Shown here piece by piece: positions 36,312-41,087 of a DNA stretch of 41,087 nucleotides. Source of the stretch: Chiloscyllium plagiosum (taxonomy: Eukaryota); NCBI RefSeq assembly GCF_004010195.1, contig NC_057756.1:1234424-1275510 (forward strand). The letters are read 5' to 3'. The translations under genes were made by a program, and so were the position numbers. A model generated the notes under the pieces. The model worked only from the letters and a program-made list of their open reading frames with translations, searched no databases and had not been told where the DNA came from. Numbering within the stretch: position 1 is the first letter of the stretch; each line of letters opens with the position of its first letter.

Positions 36312-36442
36312 TGCTTCCAATTAGAACAGGAGTCATGCAGCAGATTCCATGTGCTTACACACCACACACCAAAAACTGAACCATACAGCAGATCAACAGA
36401 TCCCAGCACTCCACAGGCTGCACACCAGGACAGGAATTATTA
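36312..36442 (+). repeat. 48-bp degenerate tandem array, short block between LINE fragments
   Basis: AGAACAGGAGTCATGCAGCAGATTCC...CACCAGGACAGGAATTA. Confidence 0.75.
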
Positions 36443-36444
36443 CT

Positions 36445-37382
36445 TCTCATTTGCAAGTTTGCAGATGGTACTAAGATTGGTGGATAAGCAGGTAGGGAAG
36501 GGGACTGCCAGAGAATACAGCAGAATATAGATAGATTAGAAAGTTGGGCAGAGAAATGGCAGATACCAGTTCAATCTGGCAAATATTAGGTAATGCAATT
36601 TGGAAGATGCAATTCCAGAGCGAAATATACAATAAATGGAAAACTCTTGGGGAAAATTGATGTACAGAGAGATCTGGGTGTTCAGATCCATTGCTCCCTG
36701 AAGGTGGCAACACAGGTCAATAGAGTGGTCAAGAAGGCATACGACACGCTTCCCTTCATCAGAAAGGATATTGAGTACAAGAGCTGGCAGGTCATGTTAC
36801 AGTTGTATAAGACATTGGTTCGGCCACAATTGGGAGTAATACATGGTATGTTCTTCACACAGAGGTTGGTGGAAGCCTGGAATGCATTGCCAACAGAGTT
36901 GATAGGAGTAGGAACAATAACGTCATTTAAGATGTACCTAGACAGATACATGAATGAACAGAGAGCAAGGGGATTAGATTACTTACAGTGTGGAAACAGG
37001 CCCTTCGGCCCAACAAGTCCACACCGACCCGCCGAAGCGCAACCCACCCATACCCCTTTAACCTAACACTACGGGCAATTTAGCATGGCCAATTCACCTG
37101 ACCCGCACATCTTTGTGACTGTGGGAGGAAACCGGAGCACCCGGAGGAAACCCACGCAGACACGGGGAGAATGTGCAAACTCCACACAGTCAGTCGCCTG
37201 AGTCGGGAATTGAACCCAGGTCTCTGGCGCTGTGAGGCAGCAGTGCTAACCACTGTGCCACCGTGTCGCCCACTAAGAATATGATCCTTAGAAAATAAGC
37301 TGCAGATTTAGTTTGAGGATGTGGATTGGTGCCGGCTAGAGGGCTGAAGGGCCTGTGCTGTAATGTTCTTCCTTCTTTGGTC
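36445..37382 (+). mobile_element. CR1-like LINE 3' end with internal deletion, interrupted by HE1
   Basis: AAGTTTGCAGATGGTACTAAG (KFADxTK); QRDLGVQIHCSLKVATQVNRVVKKA..FFTQRLVEAWNALP. Confidence 0.88.
36972..37271 (-). mobile_element. HE1-like SINE, best-preserved (CpG-rich, probably young) copy
   Basis: A-box TGGCACAGTGGTTAG, B-box GGTTCAATTCC, conserved core and GTAATCTAATC tail. Confidence 0.92.
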
Positions 37383-37384
37383 CT

Positions 37385-38610
37385 TATATCACAGATTCCA
37401 GCACATTTTACACTTCAGGGCAGAGCAGGAAACACGTAGCAGACCCTCAAATTGTAGCTGATCCCAATATGTTACATTTTATGTCCCAGAGCAGCAAACA
37501 TGCAGCACATTTTGTTACCTTACACACTATACAACAAAGCGGAAATCATATAGTAGATCCCACTACATTACACACCATGCACCTAGGTTCCTGTTCTGGC
37601 CTGTTGTCTAAAACATGCTGTGATCTGAGGTATATAGCTGCTTTGTGTACATTAGACACTGCACACCTAGAATGGAAACACACAGCAGGTCCCAGTATAT
37701 TACAACCTATACACCATTACAGCAATCATACAGCAGACCCCAGTGCATCACACACTGAGCACCAGAACAGGAATCAAACAGCAGATCCCATTATATTACT
37801 CATTATGCAGTAGAATAGAAATCGTATAGCAGGACCCAGTAGATGACAAACCATACATCAGATCAGGAGACATCAAGCAGACCCCATAACATAACACACT
37901 AAACACCAGCTCAGGAATCACGGACTAGATTCCTGTACATTACGCACTATAATCCAGAACAGGACTCATAGTACAATCTTAGGTGGTTGACACCGAGCAG
38001 CAGAACAGGAATCATACATCAGATCCCAATACACACAGGAGATCCCGATGCATGACTCTTTTTACAACAGAACAAGAACATTAGGCAGAGCTTATTATAT
38101 TCCACTCAAGTGACCATAAGAGGAATCATAGAGTAGCTTGTAGTACATTACTCACTCGATACTAGATCAAATATGATACAATAGATCACAGTGGATTACA
38201 CATGATCCATGTGGAGAGAAATCATAATGTGGATCTGTCTATTTCAAACACTGTACACCAGAATAGGAAACATACAGCAGCTCCCAGTAGATTGCACACT
38301 GCTCATGAATCATGCAGTAGATCCCAGTATACCACAGAATAAAAACCTGCTGAGCTTTTCCAGCAGCTTCTGTTTTCGTTTCTGGTATTGGAGGGATATG
38401 GGCCGGATGCTGGCAGGTAAGACTTGATTGGGTTGGGATAACTGGTCAGCATGTACGAGTTGGACTGAAGGGTCTGTTTCCATGCTGTGCATCTCTATGA
38501 CTCTAAGACTCTATGACAAGATTCATTCAGCAGACCACAGTATGTTATAAACTATACACCAGAACAGGAATCATAAAGCAGATTAGTATATTAGTCACTA
38601 TGCTGGAACA
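37385..38610 (+). repeat. 48-bp degenerate tandem array, block 3 (small Penelope/LINE-tail insert at about 38335-38515)
   Basis: Same consensus units. Confidence 0.8.
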
Positions 38611-39470
38611 TGGCAGGGAACGAGGAATGCCCATTGGATTAAATTGCATATATTTCACTGCAACAAGTGCCAGGTAAAGCGGATGAACTCAGGACTTGGA
38701 AACTTTAGCCATTACAGAAACATGTCTAAGAGAGGTACAGGACTGGCGGCTTAATGTGCCAGTCCACAGGTGCTTTAGGCGGGACAGAGGTGATGGAAAG
38801 AGGGGAGTTGCATTTTTGACAAAGGTGAGTATCACAGCAGTAGTCAGAAATGAAATAACCGAAGAATCATCCAGTGAGGCTTTGTGGGTGGAACTGAGAA
38901 ATAAGAAGGAGATGGTGACATTATTGAGGCTGTACCATAGGTCCTCAAACAATTAATGGGAATTAGCGGAACAAGTACGTAGGGAGATTGAGGATGCTTG
39001 CAGAAAGAATATGGTTTCCAGATTAGCGGACTTTAATTTTCCTAACATACACTGGGACAGCCAAAGCATTAAAAAACTTAGATAGGATGGAATTTACTAA
39101 GTGTGTTCGGAAAGTTTCCTTAATCAGTATATACAGGATCATATTCAGGAATAGAGAACCCTGGATGACAAGAGATTTTGATGATTTGACCAGAAAAAAG
39201 GAGGCATGGCTCAGGTACAGGCAGCTGGGATCAAGGGAATTGCTGGAGGTATATAAGGGATACAGCAGTTAACTGACGGGAATCAGGAGGGTGAAAAATG
39301 GGCACAAGGTAGCCTTGACTGATAAGATTAAGTTGATTCTGAAGAGGCTTTTTAAGTATATCAAAGGAAAAAGAATAACTAGATGGAGAATAGGACACTT
39401 CAAGGACCAAAGTGGACTCGTATATGTGGAAACGCAGGAGATAGGTGAGGTCCTCAGTGAAGACTTCTCC
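38610..39470 (+). mobile_element. CR1-like LINE endonuclease-region fragment
   Basis: LAITETCL..WRLNVPVHRCFRRDR..KRGVA..EALWVELRNKK; FKYIKGKRITR. Confidence 0.88.
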
Positions 39471-40570
39471 TCATACACACATTTCATTACATTATGCACT
39501 ATACAACAGAGCAAGAATCATAAAGTCGACCCCATTATACTATGCGTTGTGCACCTTGAATCTGCTAGATGATTCATGTTCTGGACTATAATGAGATTGC
39601 CTAGGATCTATTAAATGAACAGGAATCATACAGCAACCCCCTGTATATTACATACTGCATGCCTGGATGGGAAACACACAACAGATTCCATTATATTATA
39701 CACACAATCATATAGCAGGTGCCAGTGCATCACACATTAATCATGAGAACAGGAATCATATAGCAGATAGCAGTCTATTACTCATTATACTGAAGTTGAG
39801 AAATCATATGTGACAAAGCATACACCAGAACAGCAGACATGCAGCAGACTCTAGTACATCACACACTATACATCAGGACAAGAATCATGGATCAGATCCC
39901 TGTACATTATGCACTATAATGTAGAACGACTCAAACTCTAATCCCAGGAAGTTGCACACCATACACCAGAACAGGAATCATGCAGTAGATCCCAGTACAC
40001 CACAGGCTGTACTTCAGATATGAATCACAGGTGATCCTGATACTTGACACATCATACAACAGTGAGCACATCTTGTTCTTTACCATATAAAATACAGGAA
40101 GAGGAATCATACAGCAACCTGCAGCATAATACACACTCCACATGAGAACAGATATAATCCAGTAGATCCAAGTACATTAGTTAAAAATCACACAACACCA
40201 GATTATAGTCTAACAGGTTTATTTGGAAGCACTAGTTTTTAGAGCGCTGCACCTTCATCAGGATGGTTGTGGAGTATAAGATCATAAGACACAGAATATT
40301 CCACAACTACTTGATGAAGGTGCACCACTCCGAAAGCTAATGCTTCCAAATAAACCTGTTGGACTATAACCTGGTCTTTTGCAATTTTTAACTTTGTACA
40401 CTTCAGTCCAACACTGGCATCTCCAAATCATCACTAGTAGATCAGACACTATCTACTAGGAAATAAATCATAAGGCATTTCCCTCGATACAACACACTGT
40501 ACCCCAAAACTGGAAATGTGCAGCAGCTCCCAGTAGATTATTTACTGCAAAGAATATCCCAGTAAATTAA
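39470..40570 (+). repeat. 48-bp degenerate tandem array, block 4 (Penelope-derived insert at 40180-40430)
   Basis: Same consensus units. Confidence 0.8.
40180..40430. mobile_element. Penelope-derived inverted-repeat element (same family as 1763-2117)
   Basis: Inverted arms with opposed CCTTCATCAG / TTGATGAAGG..CGAAAGCTA motifs. Confidence 0.75.
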
Positions 40571-41087
40571 GAATAGAGGCATGGACTGTTTTCTAAATGG
40601 GGAGAAAATTTAGAAGTCTGAAGTGCAAAGAGACCTGGGAGTTCTAGTCCAGGATTCTATCATAAAAACTTGCACGTTGAGTCAGTAGTCACAAAGGCAA
40701 ATACAGTGATGGTATTTATTTTGAGAGAACTTGAATATAAAAGCAGGGGTGTACCTCTAACACTCGATAAGATGCTGGTTAGACCACTTTTGGAGTACTG
40801 TGCGCAGTTTTAATAGATAGACAATAGGTGCAGGAGTAGGCCATTCAGCCCTTCGAGCCTGCACCGCCATTCAACATGATCATGGCTGATCATTCCTAAT
40901 CAGTATCCTGTTCCTGTCTTATCTCCATAACCCTTGATTCCACTATCTTTGAGAGCTCTATCCAACTCTTTCTTAAATGAATCCAGAGAGTGGGCCTCCA
41001 CTGCCCTCTGGGGCAGAGCATTCCACACAGCCACCACTCTCTGGGTGAAGAAGTTTCTCCTCATCTCTGTCCTAAATGGCCTACCCC
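40570..41087. mobile_element. CR1-like LINE fragments (plus 40570-40810; minus 3' end from 40812 to window end)
   Basis: GTGCAAAGAGACCTGGGAGTT (VQRDLGV); AATAGGTGCAGGAGTAGGCCATTCAGCCCTTCGAGCC tail. Confidence 0.85.

Noticed and set aside
36972..37271. tRNA gene
   Set aside because: The A/B boxes belong to the tRNA-derived head of a multi-copy SINE; no full cloverleaf.
23875..40570. 48-bp array as a CRISPR array or a repeat-protein gene
   Set aside because: Vertebrate DNA, no cas genes, and the spacers are homologous to each other; frequent stops and indels in all frames.

Overview
Vertebrate, repeat-dense genomic DNA. The repeat set (HE1-type tRNA-derived SINEs, CR1/HER1-like LINEs, Penelope-like elements) points to a cartilaginous fish, probably a shark; this is an inference from repeat families, not a database hit. 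The only convincing host coding sequence is a minus-strand first coding exon (20747->20517, 77 codons, strong Kozak context, canonical GTGAGT donor). It encodes a Myb/SANT-like (MSANTD/NAIF1/Harbinger-type) DNA-binding domain and lies in a CpG island with opposed CCAAT boxes. No second exon or Harbinger transposase was identified. Upstream of this gene lie, in order: a GC-rich degenerate repeat packed with GGATCC palindromes (about 21120-22045), a purine-rich tract (about 22085-22950), and a degenerate 48-bp tandem array with higher-order structure spread over about 23875-40570 and broken up by nested LINE/SINE/Penelope insertions. Many small Penelope-derived hairpin elements carry relic minimal hammerhead-ribozyme motifs and clear target-site duplications. 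Repeat boundaries were set by eye and are approximate.
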